This document shows positions 14,040 through 25,969 of a stretch of 64,000 nt of DNA, in pieces. A program made the translations under genes and the position numbers. The stretch lies in contig NC_043011.1 of assembly GCF_006345805.1 (NCBI RefSeq), positions 25,308,464-25,372,463 of the forward strand, given 5' to 3'. This DNA is from Octopus sinensis. Its lineage: Eukaryota. Position 1 is the stretch's first letter. Each line of letters opens with the position of its first letter. The notes under the pieces are model-generated. The model was not told the origin of the DNA. It saw only the letters and a list, made by a program, of their open reading frames with translations, and made no database searches.

Positions 14040-14590
14040 TATTTGCCGGGCGAAATGCTTAGTGGTATTTCGTCTGCCGTTACGTTGTGAGTTCAAATTC
14101 CGCCGAGGTCGACTTTGCCTTTCACCCTTTCGGGGTCGATAAATTAAGTACCAGTTACGCACTGGGGCCGATGTAATCGACTTAATACCTATGTATGTCC
14201 TTGTTTGTCCACTCTATGTTTAGCCCCTAGTGGGTAATAAAGAAATAGGTATTTCGTCTGCCATTACGTTCTGAGTTCAAATTCCGCTGAGGTCGACTTT
14301 GCCTTTCATCCTTTCGGGGTCGATTAAATAAGTACCAGTTACGCACTGGGGTCGATATAATCTACTTAATCCGTTTGTCTGTCCTCTCTGTGTTTAGCCC
14401 CTTGTGGGTAGTGAAGAAATAGGTATTTCGTCTGCTGCTACGTTCCAAGTTCAAATTCCGCCGAGGTCGACTTTGCCTTCCATCCCTTTCGGGGTCGATG
14501 AATCAAGTACAAGTGAAACACAGGAGTCAATGTAATTAATTAGTCCCCTCCCCACCAAATTTGAGGCCTTGTGCCTTTAGTAGAAAGGAT
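14040..14590 (+). repeat. Tandem array of three SINE body units (GGTCGACTTTGCCTTTCATCCTTTCGGGGTCGAT core), period 184/174 bp
   Basis: GTATTTCGTCTG unit starts at 14065, 14249 and 14423. The core resembles the Meta/MESC SINE domain (from memory). Confidence 0.85.
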
Positions 14591-15730
14591 TATTAGTATT
14601 AGTGGCATTCTTTCGAAAGAATGCCGCATAATGAATATAGAACAAGACCCAGAATATTAAGGCGAAGAATCAATCAATATCACTAACTGTAGTACTTGAC
14701 TGGCACTTTATTTCACCGTCCTTCGAAGGGTGTATGACAAAGTTGATCTCGGCAGATCAAATGGTACGCTATAGTCAAAGATCACGAAAGAATGTGAGTG
14801 AAATCAGAAAGGCTGTGACGGAACACCTATTATTATAGAGCTGCTCCATTAGAGAGGGAAAATTAACAAACCAGAACAAGATGAAACAGAGATTAACCAA
14901 CGTGAACGATGAACGAAGTGGTTTGATGTAGATGTAACGAACAAGGTCAAGGAGACTAGTAAATAGTGAAAGGACTTTTACAGTGACCTCGCCACGCACG
15001 CTAGAAGAAGAAGAATATAGTATGGAGATAAATATTAAAATAATTAATGTTTGTGTGTGTGCAGCAGTGCTATCATATATATAACTGCAACTACAGCTGT
15101 GTTATTTATAAACAAGAAGCTTTTCAGCGAAAGTGATCAGATATAATAATATATGAAGGTCATAAAAACTGCAGATATCATTCTTATAGACACCGTACTT
15201 ACAGAATCTAACAAGCATTTTTAGAAATAATGACAAATTCTTATGTATACATATTTTAACTTTTAATAGATTGATCAAGTTCGAATTTTATCTATCTTTT
15301 TAAGATTTTTTTCTTTCCATATATCTTTTTCGGAATTGATTACGTTTCTTATGCACAAGAATCTGGGTGTAATTTCGCTTGTTTTTTTAAGGCAAAAAGA
15401 AGCGAAATTTTTAGTATCAAACCAAAGTGTACAATACTCAGCCACGTTCGGTATTTTAATTTTTTTAGAACAAAATAAAAAATAGAAGCAATACGTATAT
15501 ATAAACATGTGATCTTAAGACACCCAGGTTTTAAATGGAGTTGAACGATTTTCATGCCGTTTTCTCAAGGACAACTTGAATGAAAGGAAACAGCTCGAAA
15601 CACTAGATGATCGAAACAAAATTCGCAAGGGATTTTGTGTGTATGTGTGTGGTGAAAGTAGAGCTTAGTAACTCGTCCTCAAACAGGAGAGAATATTATG
15701 CGTTAAAATTAGAAATACATGTATACGAAC

Positions 15731-15842
15731 CACCGACACTGAGGTTAACTTTGTTGGGGTCAGGGTCTGCTCTGTAAGCAGCGCTAACAGCAAAAACTTC
15801 CACGGGGTCCGCTATCGGAACATCAGCGTATTTTGAAGACAT
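15731..15842 (-). CDS. GOT1: Cytosolic aspartate aminotransferase, coding exon 1 (37 codons + 1 nt)
   Basis: ATG at 15842-15840 translates to MSSKYADVPIADPVEVFAVSAAYRADPDPNKVNLSVG, the typical cytosolic AspAT N-terminus with no mitochondrial presequence. Phase-1 GT donor (G|GTTCGT) at 15730, at the same position as vertebrate GOT1 intron 1. Confidence 0.93.
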
Positions 15843-16267
15843 TTCACTATAAAAGCGTGAGGCAGTGTTGACAATTAAAAGGCGGGAGGGAAAGAGATAA
15901 CGGGAGAAGGTTTTTATCTGTTTCGTGAACAACAGAAAACTAACAACTGAATGTTTGGCATCAACGCAACGCTGACGATATCGACTTCGGCTGCTTACGG
16001 AATTCTAACGGTATTTACCGAACAAGCCAACTCAAACTGGTTAAAGTACCTGAAGCTTGAGATTAAGAATGACGTTGCTCAGGGTCAGATATTGAACTCG
16101 TGTCAGGTCACTGGGGTCAATTTCTTGGTGAGGGTGGTAGTGGTGAAACCAGAACAATGAATTAATAATTAAAAATACTTCAGACAAAAAGATTTATATT
16201 CTTCTTTTTCTTAATGCTAACGCTAACCCTAAACACTGGGTGTGCGTATTCTTTACCGTCGCCTGGA

Positions 16268-16314
<47 letters not shown>

Positions 16315-16337
16315 ATCAAAATAAGCACCAGGATATC

Positions 16338-16842
16338 CGTAACGGTAGAAGTTTGTTTTTGTAACGGTTGAAATTAATTTGTAAACAATAGTATGGAACG
16401 TCGGAGTGGTAATCAGTTTGTAAGGATTGGTTCATCGTTGATTGCCATTATGTAAAGATGAAAGAACAGTGATTGAAGTTGTGAAGAAAATATTTATTTA
16501 TCGTTACATTGTCAAAAAAAAAAAAACCCAAACCACGACGGCTTGGTATGTATAATTAGTAAATAGAAAAGTATGCGAAGTGAAGATAGATGTCGTAGAT
16601 TTTCCTTGTATAGTTTGTGTACACGTTCTCTTAGTAGTGATCCACAGATAGAGATAGAATTATGTTGTTTGAGAAAAGAAATTGAGCCAGTAAAAGTTGT
16701 AGAGTCGTGGAAAGTTGTCCCATAGTTGCTGACTATAAACTTCTTTCTCCCACTGACCATTTGTCTATATTAGCTGCCCGCTTGTGGGCCTGACTAGCTG
16801 TCCGTTCACTAACTGATTGTCGCTCTCCCTAACTCGGGTTCT
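16338..16842 (+). repeat. Unclassified ~500-bp repeat upstream of GOT1, inverted partner of 12362-12827
   Basis: CGTAACGGTAGAAGTTT ... GCTCTCCCTAACTCG(G/A)GTTCT. Confidence 0.85.
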
Positions 16843-16995
16843 TACTAACTCGTTGTCACTAATTGACTTTTGTTTGAGGGTTCTTGTTATCTTAATTCTA
16901 GATTTTGGTAAAATAGAAAAGGTTAGAAAGCTCAAGTGGCGAGACATTATTTTGCTTAGCTAAGGCATCTGGCAAACGTAAACAGCTGTCACAGG

Positions 16996-17218
16996 AAAAC
17001 TATTGTTTTACCGTGAGAAAAGTACTGTTGAAATGTTAATGTAAATTTGGCTATCTAGGATCGAATCTACATCATGCCTGCAAGATCCACTACACACACA
17101 CACATGTATGTATGTATGTATGTAGTTGTTTCATGCAGGCATAGCGTAGATTCGATCTTTGATAACTAAATTTCACTTAACAGTTCAACAGCACTTTTCT
17201 CACAGTAAAACAATAACT
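16996..17218. repeat. Fold-back element: ~95-bp inverted arms around a CA/TATG microsatellite loop
   Basis: TATTGTTTTAC.GTGAGAAAAGT.CTGTTGAA...GATCGAATCTAC versus its reverse complement at 17121-17218; roughly 80% match by eye. Confidence 0.8.
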
Positions 17219-17399
17219 GTTGCACACACACACACACATATATATACATACATGCATATATATACACATATATATACATATACATATACATATATGTAAG
17301 TTGTCTAAGAGACCATTAGTCAGGGAGAAAATGCAGTCGTATATCTGTCAGTAGAGTGACTATATTATCCGAATTTTATGGTATTAAATAACCATCACG

Positions 17400-17489
17400 G
17401 CTGATCTTACTAATCGGTTTCACATAAAGAATACAATGGAGTGTAAGGTAACAATCTGATTATATAACTTTACGCTCATCAGAGATAGC
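17400..17489 (-). ncRNA. Decayed type I hammerhead ribozyme (Penelope pLTR type)
   Basis: Minus strand: GCTATCT-CTGATGA-GCGT..46 nt..ATGT-GAAAC-CGATTA-GTA-AGATCAGC. Core intact; stem I has one bulge; the stem II and III deviations are CpG-decay changes. Confidence 0.65.
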
Positions 17490-17849
17490 GGATATGGAAG
17501 GGAATATGGCGACTACTCTCTATTGTTGGAGGTGGATTAGCACAACCAGTCAGTGGCTGCTGTGAAAAAGCGGTGAAATGAAAAAGGTCCAGGGGATTGG
17601 ATTAGGAGTTATGTTCCTTGGTTGAGTATACTGTGAAGCTGGCAAGACTTATCTTGAATGGTGAAAGTGTATATTATTAATGTGGTATTCCTGCAGGGGT
17701 GGGGTGTGTGGTATGTGTAGCGGTGTCATAGGTATAATTTTTTCCTGGTGTGTAGGTATATATAGCTGTGTTCATTGGGGTGTTTTGTTTCTGTAAAGGA
17801 TAAAATTGTGGGGTGGGGGCTAATGGCCACATGCTGGATAGGCTCAGAA

Positions 17850-18300
17850 AGGACTACACAGGCACCATGAACTCTCTTGGACTGAAATGGTAGATTTCCT
17901 TGATGTGACCCTGGACCTGGAATCAGGTGCTTATAGGCCCTTTAGGAAACCAAATGAGAAGATGTCTTACATTAACACAGGCTCCTGCTATCCAGCCATA
18001 GTGTTCAGGAACCTGGTTAAGGGCATCAGCAGGAGAATCTCCAGCTTGTCTTCAAGCAAAGAAATCTTTGATGCTGCTGCTCAGTATTACAACCAGGCTC
18101 TGGCTGCCAGCAGTTTAAAGAATAGTAGTTACATGCCAGACCCTAGCCCCACCAAAAGAAAGTGCCACCAGATAGTACAGTGGTTCACACCGCCATTCTC
18201 TTTAAATGTTAGAACCAGAATAGGTAAGATCTTCCTTAGTTTAGCTGATAGACACCTCCCCAGTACCAACAGATTTGTAGGAAGTAAGGTTGGCACTGGA
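17850..18300 (+). mobile_element. Penelope-like retroelement, RT C-terminal/thumb relic
   Basis: ORF 17887: VDFLDVTLDL..YRPFRKPN...RRISSLSSS..F...Y..AL...WFTPPFSLNVRTRIGKIFLSLADRHLP matches PLE RT/linker motifs. Flanked by hammerhead relics. Confidence 0.8.
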
Positions 18301-18572
18301 TGGGTGTCTCACAATTCCTTACCTAGTCGTGGAAAGGAAAATAGCGGAAACAAGAATCTCCGAACAAATAACAATAATAATTTATTTTGCCGAAATAAGC
18401 ATTTCATCTCTGGGCATCGGTAGCCTGGATGCCAGGGAGTGGGGTGGAAACAGCAGAGTTGGTTTAATCACAATTGTGAAGGCATTCTTCACAGATTCGC
18501 CGAAGTCATGGGTCGCCTTCAGTTGCACCTGGCTCGGTCGGCAGCAGGGGGTGAAGAGAGAGAATAGCGGTC

Positions 18573-18693
18573 AAGCCTAGCTGCTGCTGATGACTGTGCA
18601 TGCGCATAAGGGGCTTCTGGCAGGCCTTCCGGAAGACTGTAATCCCTGCGCATGCGTGGATGAAAATACCAAAATGGCGTATGGAACCAGGCG
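18573..18693 (+). ncRNA. Decayed type I hammerhead ribozyme downstream of the PLE ORF relic
   Basis: CTGATGA at 18587, 13-bp stem II (CTGTGCATGCGCA/TGCGCATGCGTGG), GAAA at 18662, stem III ATACC-aaaat-GGCGT (ACGCC before CpG decay), GTA triplet. Stem I is degenerate. Confidence 0.5.
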
Positions 18694-18779
18694 TCACTAC
18701 AGATTTAACAAAATATTTAATAGACATACACTGAGATTATCCTTTAGCTGTGCACCTAGGGTAACAACGATTTTAGTAG

Positions 18780-18925
18780 GTAGACCTTGACCAGGTTATA
18801 GAAGTTACAGAAAGAATCTAATTAGGAAGAGAATTAACCTAGATGCGATGTAAGTTTGGTTTTGTACCAGGGAGAAGCACTACTGATGATATCTTTCTAG
18901 TTAGGCAATTGTAGTATTTTGCCAA
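18780..18925 (+). mobile_element. RTE-like RT fragment
   Basis: DQV..V....IRKRINLD.M.FGFVPGRSTTD.IFLVRQL, degenerate. Confidence 0.7.
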
Positions 18926-19084
18926 AGGTTTAGTATATGCCCTACATTCTAGCCATTCTCACAAGCCATCTTCTAACATCCCTCCCTCCATCATTCATCT
19001 AACTATAGCACTCAGTCGCTGTAATTGTAATTACATGAGAGCAGAGATGCACATTTTTCACCCCCCACACTTTTGTGCAACCAG

Positions 19085-19260
19085 TTTCCCTTCCCCTAAC
19101 TAGAAAGAGACCATCAATAGTGTTTCTCCCTGGCACAAAACCAAACTGCATCTCATCGAGGTTAATTCTCTTCCTAATTAAATGAGCTATAATTCTTACT
19201 GTAACTTTCATAACTTGGCCCAGCACTTTGATATCTCTATAATTACTCTTCTATAAGATA
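19085..19260 (-). mobile_element. RTE-like RT fragment, inverted relative to 18780-18925
   Basis: ORF 18999-19226: LGQVMKVT.RIIAHLIRKRINLDEMQFGFVPGRNTIDGLFLVR. Confidence 0.8.
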
Positions 19261-20802
19261 TCTCCTTTATTCTCTATCCCCCTCAGCATTCTCAATATCA
19301 TCCCATATCCCACCCCAATTCCTTTCTGTTCTTGATCCACTCCTACTTCCATCACCTTCCCCTGCCAAACTGATATTCACCATTGATCATGCTCCCTCCC
19401 TCTGTTTGCCATTCACTGCATCACTTATATCCCTCTCTATCACTCATCTCACTCTTATACGAACTTATCTGTTTCTCTGTCTCTATCCCCATCACATTCA
19501 CTGTCTTGTACCTTGGGAGAATTTCCTGACATCTCATCACTACCATCTTCTCTTCTTTTTTCAACTGGGGTACCCAAGTATCTCCTATACTGCTAGGCAT
19601 GTGTTCCTGTCCCTCTATTAAACTTTAACCTCTCATCACCTAACATAAAGCCACTTCCTTCATTATTACACTCCCTAATTGAGGGGTCTTATCTTGTGAG
19701 TTACTTAGTTGCCTCAATGGTGCCAGTGCTATGTAAAAAAAAAACACTCAATACTCTCTGTATAGTGGTTGACATTAGGAAGGGCAACCAGCTGTAGAAA
19801 CCATGCCAAAGCAGATATTGGAGCTTGGCACAGTCCTCTAACTTACCAGCTCCTGTTGAGCCATCTGACTATGTTAGCATGGAAGATGGATGTTAAATGT
19901 TAATAATGATGATAATGATAATAATGATGATGATGATGATGATATGGTGCACACTTTCTCATAGTTACACACCCTCCACACATTCATATTATTATTTCCA
20001 GTGGTTTTTTTTTTTTAAATATAGTTTTAAAATTTGCTGTTAATCAAGTGAAACAAAGTTAGCCAGCTGTTGTTATTCTGTAATTATCATGTTTCCTATT
20101 TGGATATTTATGTTACACACTCACATACTGAATAACCAAACAGTGTCCTTAATATCAACTAGTATGACATTATTTATTGACAGCACTTAATAATTTAGGC
20201 CTTATTGCTTTTGGTGCTGTTGATTAGCCTCAGTCAGCTCTTATTTAGCAGAACTATCAGGAAAGGCCTCCCCCATCTCAAATGTGATTGACCTATTCCT
20301 TTTTTGTTTGTTTCAGATGTAGTTTATTTAGGATCACATTATCCAATGTGTCCTTCTCTTTTTCAAGACAGCAAGTTATAACTTGATGTAGTGTTGGTTG
20401 TTATTCCTAGTAGTTCATGTGATCACCTAGAGGTCTCCATCATTAGCTTCAGGTAGTTGTCGTTTAATCTTTTTCATCATTGGTCAGTCCTGGTAGAGCA
20501 TACTTAGGATGAAAAATATTTCATTTATGACTCATTTACTTGTTTCAGTCATTTTGACTGTGGCCATACTGGAGCACCACCTTTAGTCAAGCAAATTGAC
20601 CCTAGGACTTATTCTTTGTAAGCCTGGTACTTATTCTGTCAGTCTCTTTTGCTGAACCGCTAAGTTATGGGGACGTAAACACACTAGCATCAGTTGTCAA
20701 GTGATGTTGGACACACACTCACACACACACACAACACACACCACACACACACCACACACACACACCACACACACACACACACACACAACATATACACACA
20801 CA

Positions 20803-20836
<34 letters not shown>

Positions 20837-21123
20837 ACAGGCTTCTTTCAGTTTCCATCTACTAAATCTGCTCACAAGGCTTTTGTTGGCCCGAGGCTAT
20901 AGTAGAAGACACTTGTCCAAGGTGCCATGCAGTGGGACTGAACCTGGAACCATGTGGTTGGTAAGCAAGCTATTTACCACACAGCCACTCCTGTATTTGA
21001 CTGTATATTTTTTTATATGAGACATGCAACTGTTCTAGGAGGTGATATTTGCACACTTAATGATATTTGCACATATAATCTTGTATATAAACTGGTTAAA
21101 GTACTATCAGATCTATTGCTTAA

Positions 21124-21343
21124 CCCTTTAGCATTTAAACCAGCCATATCTAGCCAAAATATTCTACATGTTTTAGGTTCAAACTGGTCAGATCTAGCTT
21201 CTCATATCTACTATACAATATCATTCTAAAGATAAAAAGTCATGTCATCAAAATCTCAAGGTTACAAGATATTACATGATTAATTCAAAACAGTGTGAAT
21301 AAATAAGCATTACATTTGACAGAGTATTCTGAATGCTATAGAG
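21124..21343 (+). mobile_element. piggyBac-like MITE (TTAA|CCCTTTAGCATT ... AATGCTATAGAG|TTAA)
   Basis: TTAA on both sides and CCC-type TIRs; further copies at 33998-34213 (+) and ~51786-52003 (-). Confidence 0.8.
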
Positions 21344-21704
21344 TTAATGCATGTTAGTGAAATATAAATGTAGTTTTCTTTCCTGTATATTTGGATCCAA
21401 TGCTTGTTGAATCAAACTGATCAGGTTGGCATACAATTCCTATTGGCATATAATAGAGTAAATGACATTTCTTCATTACATTTGATATGTGGCTTTCAAA
21501 AACACAATTAGTCATTCATTCAACAGGTATACCTATCTAAGGTGAAGCACTTATTGATGAATGCTGTAATTAGACCAAATGAATCTACTGGTTTCCTCCA
21601 CACCCATCATGACTTTCATATGAAGATTATCTTCTCAGAGGTTTTTAAGATCAGTTATTTCACTAATAGATGTTTTAAATTTTGGCACAATGCCAATTAT
21701 GTTT

Positions 21705-21800
21705 ACAACTCTATTTCCCAGACTTTTAACAACTCTATTTCCCTGACTTTTAACAACTCTATTTCCCTGACAATTATGCTTAACAACTCTATTTCCCTGC
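21705..21800 (+). repeat. Minisatellite, ~24-31 bp unit (AACAACTCTATTTCCCTGAC) x4
   Basis: Directly visible tandem units. Confidence 0.85.
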
Positions 21801-22077
21801 ATTATATATTAACAATATTTTGGAAATTTGGACTTAACTTTTTGCATGTGGCCATATAATTGCATGCGGAAGATAAAGTAATGGATATACCTCTGCTCTT
21901 CACGAGTTTGATGCAGTTATGACACACTTCTGTTTATTATAAAAAGGGCTTCCATTTTAGAAGTTTCTAACAAAGTAGAACTTTTCTTTATTACTTATAG
22001 ATTCACCATAGTTTTTCTGAAATGTGAGTGAAGCATGCACGGTTTGGTTGTCCTGTTGAAAGTTATATTCTCTAAGC

Positions 22078-22142
<65 letters not shown>

Positions 22143-22473
22143 ACCCCCTTCGGTCATGAATGACCATGGGATTGCACCTAGAAAGTTACCCTCCTAGACA
22201 CAAGTCCGGGCAAGGTTGTTTATGGAAGACCAGCAGTCGCCATGCATACCAGCCTCCCCTCTCCACGCCACCAGTGTTATCCAAGGGAAAGACAAAGGTT
22301 GATACAGCTTGGCACCTGTGACGTCGCAACTCATTTCTACAGCTGAGTGAACTGGAGCAACGTGAAATAAAGTGCCTTGCTGAAGAACACAACACGCAGC
22401 CCGGTCCGGGATTTGAGATCACAACCTCACGATCGTAAGCTCGACGCTCTAACCACTGAGCCATGCGCCTTCA

Positions 22474-22474
<1 letters not shown>
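22143..22474 (-). mobile_element. tRNA-derived SINE
   Basis: Minus strand GCGCATGGCTCAGTGGTTAGAGCGTCG head, CAGCAAGGCACTTTATTTCACGTTGCTCC core. Confidence 0.85.
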
Positions 22475-22516
<42 letters not shown>

Positions 22517-22518
<2 letters not shown>

Positions 22519-22830
22519 GAGGCGCAATGCCCAGTGGTTAGGGCAGTGGACTTGCGGTCGTAGGATCGTGGTTTTGATTCCCAGACTGAGCGTTGTGAGT
22601 GTTTATTGAGCGAAAACACCTAAAGCTCCACGAGGCTCTAGTAGGGGGTGGTGGCGATCCCTGCTGTACTCTTTCATCACAACTTTCTCTCGCTCTTGCT
22701 TCTGTTGGCTTGCTCACCTAGCCAGTGGGGTGGCATCATTTGAAGGCTAAAACAATGCAAAGCGCATTTTGACCAGCGATGCGTAGCAACATCTGATAGC
22801 CTGGTCGGTCACAGTGATCACGGTGATATA
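22517..22830 (+). mobile_element. tRNA-derived SINE (another family; copies at ~56048-56340 and ~49760-49940 minus)
   Basis: GGAGGCGCAATG.CCAGTGGTTAGGGCAG head, TTGATTCCC B-box-like motif, GAGCGAAAACACCTAAAGCTCCACGAGG body. Confidence 0.8.
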
Positions 22831-25800
22831 TATATAAATGTTTTAAATATATATTATGTTTTCATCCAAAATGTTTTAAATATATATTGTGCTTTCATCC
22901 AAAATGGAGACGAACACCATTCCTCCATGTGGTCAGCTTGAAAAATTAAGATATCAAGATATTTCTGTTTACATGAAACCAATGGTAGCCTTAATGCACA
23001 AATAAAGAAATTTTATCCACCAGTGTGGTGCTGAGCACTCATTCTTGTTGTCTTCTTCTTCCTTCCAGCTGTCAGTGTAAAGAATCCTTTCAATTTCTTT
23101 CTAAATTTGGTACAAGGCCAGCAGTTTTGAAGGGAGGAAGTAAGTCGATTACATGAACCCAAGTACATGAGTGCTACCTTATTTTATTATCCCCTGAAAG
23201 CAGGAAATGCAAAGTTGACTTTGGTGGGATTAAACTCAGAATGTAAAGAGCTAGAAGAAATACCACAAAGCATTCTTCTGATTCACTAAGGATTCTGTCA
23301 GTTCACTGTTTGTGGACGAATAATTTTAATAACGAGGTTAAAAACAAAGTTATTAAAATTCTTTGAGCAATGATTTTCTGACTTCCATGTATTGATTAGT
23401 ATGGTAAACAAACAGAAACCTTAGATGTCATTTACGTGACAGATAAGCTATTTATCAGCTAAGCAGTTTGCATTAGGAATGATGTCTGAGAACTATTTTT
23501 AGGGTCAATGAAACATGAGACATTACAGCAACTTCAGACAATCTATGCATTAAATTTTGCTATTGTCTTAAGCACCAACATTCTTTACAGATTTCAAAAA
23601 CTTTGCCTTTTTCACCAGTCATTATATTCCCCATCCCACTCTCTATCTACGCTTCTTTGGCAATGACCTGCCACTTATATTATGACCTCCACACCATGAG
23701 GGTATACCCTGGCACTTGCCACCATCTACCTCTCACTTCCTTTATTCTACCATCCCATTTATATTCTCATCTCCATCCCTTATGAGTATGCCCAGCACTT
23801 CACCCCATCTCTCTCCTGCTCTCTCTTGCATACTTGCTGTCTCCCACTCTCTCTCTTCTTCACTTGCTCTTCCTTCAGGCTGGGTAACTATGCATCTTCT
23901 TTGCAGCAGTACACCTGTTTCTGTCCTCATCCTTGATCACTCTTCCTCTCTCTCTCTCTCGCTCTTTCTCTCTCTCTGGCTGGGTAACCATGTATTTCCT
24001 CCACAGCAAGACACCTGTTTCTGTCTCTCTGCCACAGTCTAACCTTTCATCATTTGACACAAAATCACCTCCTCCAATTCCCCCTCCCCTCTCAAATGGT
24101 CTTTGTCTTGCAAGTTACTTGGTGACTTTGCCAGTGCTGGTGCCACGTAAAAAGTACTCAGTCTACACTGTGAAGTAGTTGACATTTGGAAGGGCATCCA
24201 ACTGTAAAAACCATGCCAAAACTGACCTCACCTGTGCTGGTGCCACATAAAAAGCACTCAGTCCACTCTTCTGAGTGGTTAGTGTTAGTAAGGGTATCCA
24301 GCTGTAAAAACTACACCAAAACAGACACAGAAGTCTGGTGCTGTTTTCTACCTGGCCAACTCCTATCAACTGTCCAACCCATGGAAAGTGGATCTTATAT
24401 AATGTTGATGAGGATGATGATGATGATGATGAAGTCAGCTGTTTTAAACTGCAAGAACATTTTATGTAACTCTATAAGCCATCTATATATTCAACTCATG
24501 TAAATACCTGCTCTTCCTCTTGGCAAAGAGAATTGGACCACTAATGAAGCTCACTAAATCATTTCAACCCAATAAACAATTGCCAGTCATAGATTAGGAG
24601 GCAAAATCCCTTGAAAATGTGGAATTGAGCCAATTTCAAATGGACCCAAATTATCCTAAGCAAAGCCAAGGTTGCTGTAGAACAAAGGTAAATATCTTAG
24701 CTCTGCATGGTAGGATAACTGATTCAGTATTAATCCTTGAATTCTTTGATATAGTTGGATGTTGCTCCAGCAATAAGTGCATATTGCTCTGAAATTGATG
24801 ATGAATTATGTGATTATTCCATTAACTTTATTTATTACGATTGTTTCTAATACAGGTGCAAGGCCTGAAATTTTGGGAGAGGTGAGAGGGTTAGTTGATT
24901 GCATTGATTCTAAGACTTGATTGGTACTTTGTTTTATTGATCTCCCGTTCCCTGGAAGGATAAAAGGCAAATTGGACCTCAGTAGGATTTGAACTCAGAA
25001 CGTAAAGAGCCAGTAACACCAGGTCTTTTTTTCCAGTGATTTAATAATTCTGCTATGACGGTCCTTCTATGAAGCATTGATAAGTATAGGCTTGGCTGTG
25101 TGATTAAAAAGCTTGCTTCCCAGCCATGTGGTTTTAAGTTCAGTCTTACAGTGCTGCACCTTTATACCTGTTATTTCAGTACAATCTAATTAAATTGATA
25201 TTATCATTGTTAGTTACACTTTCTTCTAGAATTTTAATTGCTGCTTGACTAGTCAACTTCTTAAGTTTCATGTTGGATGACTTGCTATAATGTTATTCCC
25301 ATAGTGTGACTTTCCTTAATCAATTCGTTATTGGTGTTGATATCACATTTATTAAAATTACATGTTTTTGTACTTGTTTTAGAGGAAGTAGTATAACTGG
25401 GTGATTTTTCTTTCAGATGAAATAGACCAGATCTTTGCGATCACCTCCGCTCTGGTTGACTTGAGTGCACTATTTCTAATAGAACACCTTCCTCTTGTTA
25501 GATAAGACTTTTCTGTGTGTGTGTGTGAATGGGTGCTAAAATAGGCTATCAATAAGTCTGTTGTCCTCATTTAAGTTGCTTTTTGTAATTCATTATCGTT
25601 ATCATCATAGTTGTTGTTGTTGTTGTTGTTTAATGTCCACTTTTCCATGCTTGTATGGGTCAGATAGAATTTGCCGCGGTAAAATTTTCACAGTTGGATG
25701 CCCTTTCTGTTGCCAACCTTCACTTGTTTCCAAGCAATGTAATATTTTCCCTGACCAGATATATTTTTCATGATATATTTTTCAGATATATTTTTCAGAT

Positions 25801-25922
25801 ATATTTTTTATAGAGCATCATTTGTATGACGCTGCATTAAGTGTACTTACACACACACACACGCACACACACACACACACACGCACAGGCACGCACGCAC
25901 ACACACACACACAACACACACA

Positions 25923-25953
<31 letters not shown>

Positions 25954-25969
25954 CCTACCTTCATACATA

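Noticed and set aside
14604-14625. Heat-shock element within the palindrome
   Set aside because: TTC and GAA are not in the nGAAnnTTCn spacing.
15731-15842. Mitochondrial GOT2 assignment
   Set aside because: No Arg-rich presequence; NHEYLPI and the exon layout fit the cytosolic form.
15951-16160. 69-aa ORF head-to-head with GOT1 (bidirectional partner)
   Set aside because: TTG start, no recognisable motif, no convincing splice donor.
16215-16240. TAACCCTAA telomere-like motif
   Set aside because: Single occurrence; expected by chance.
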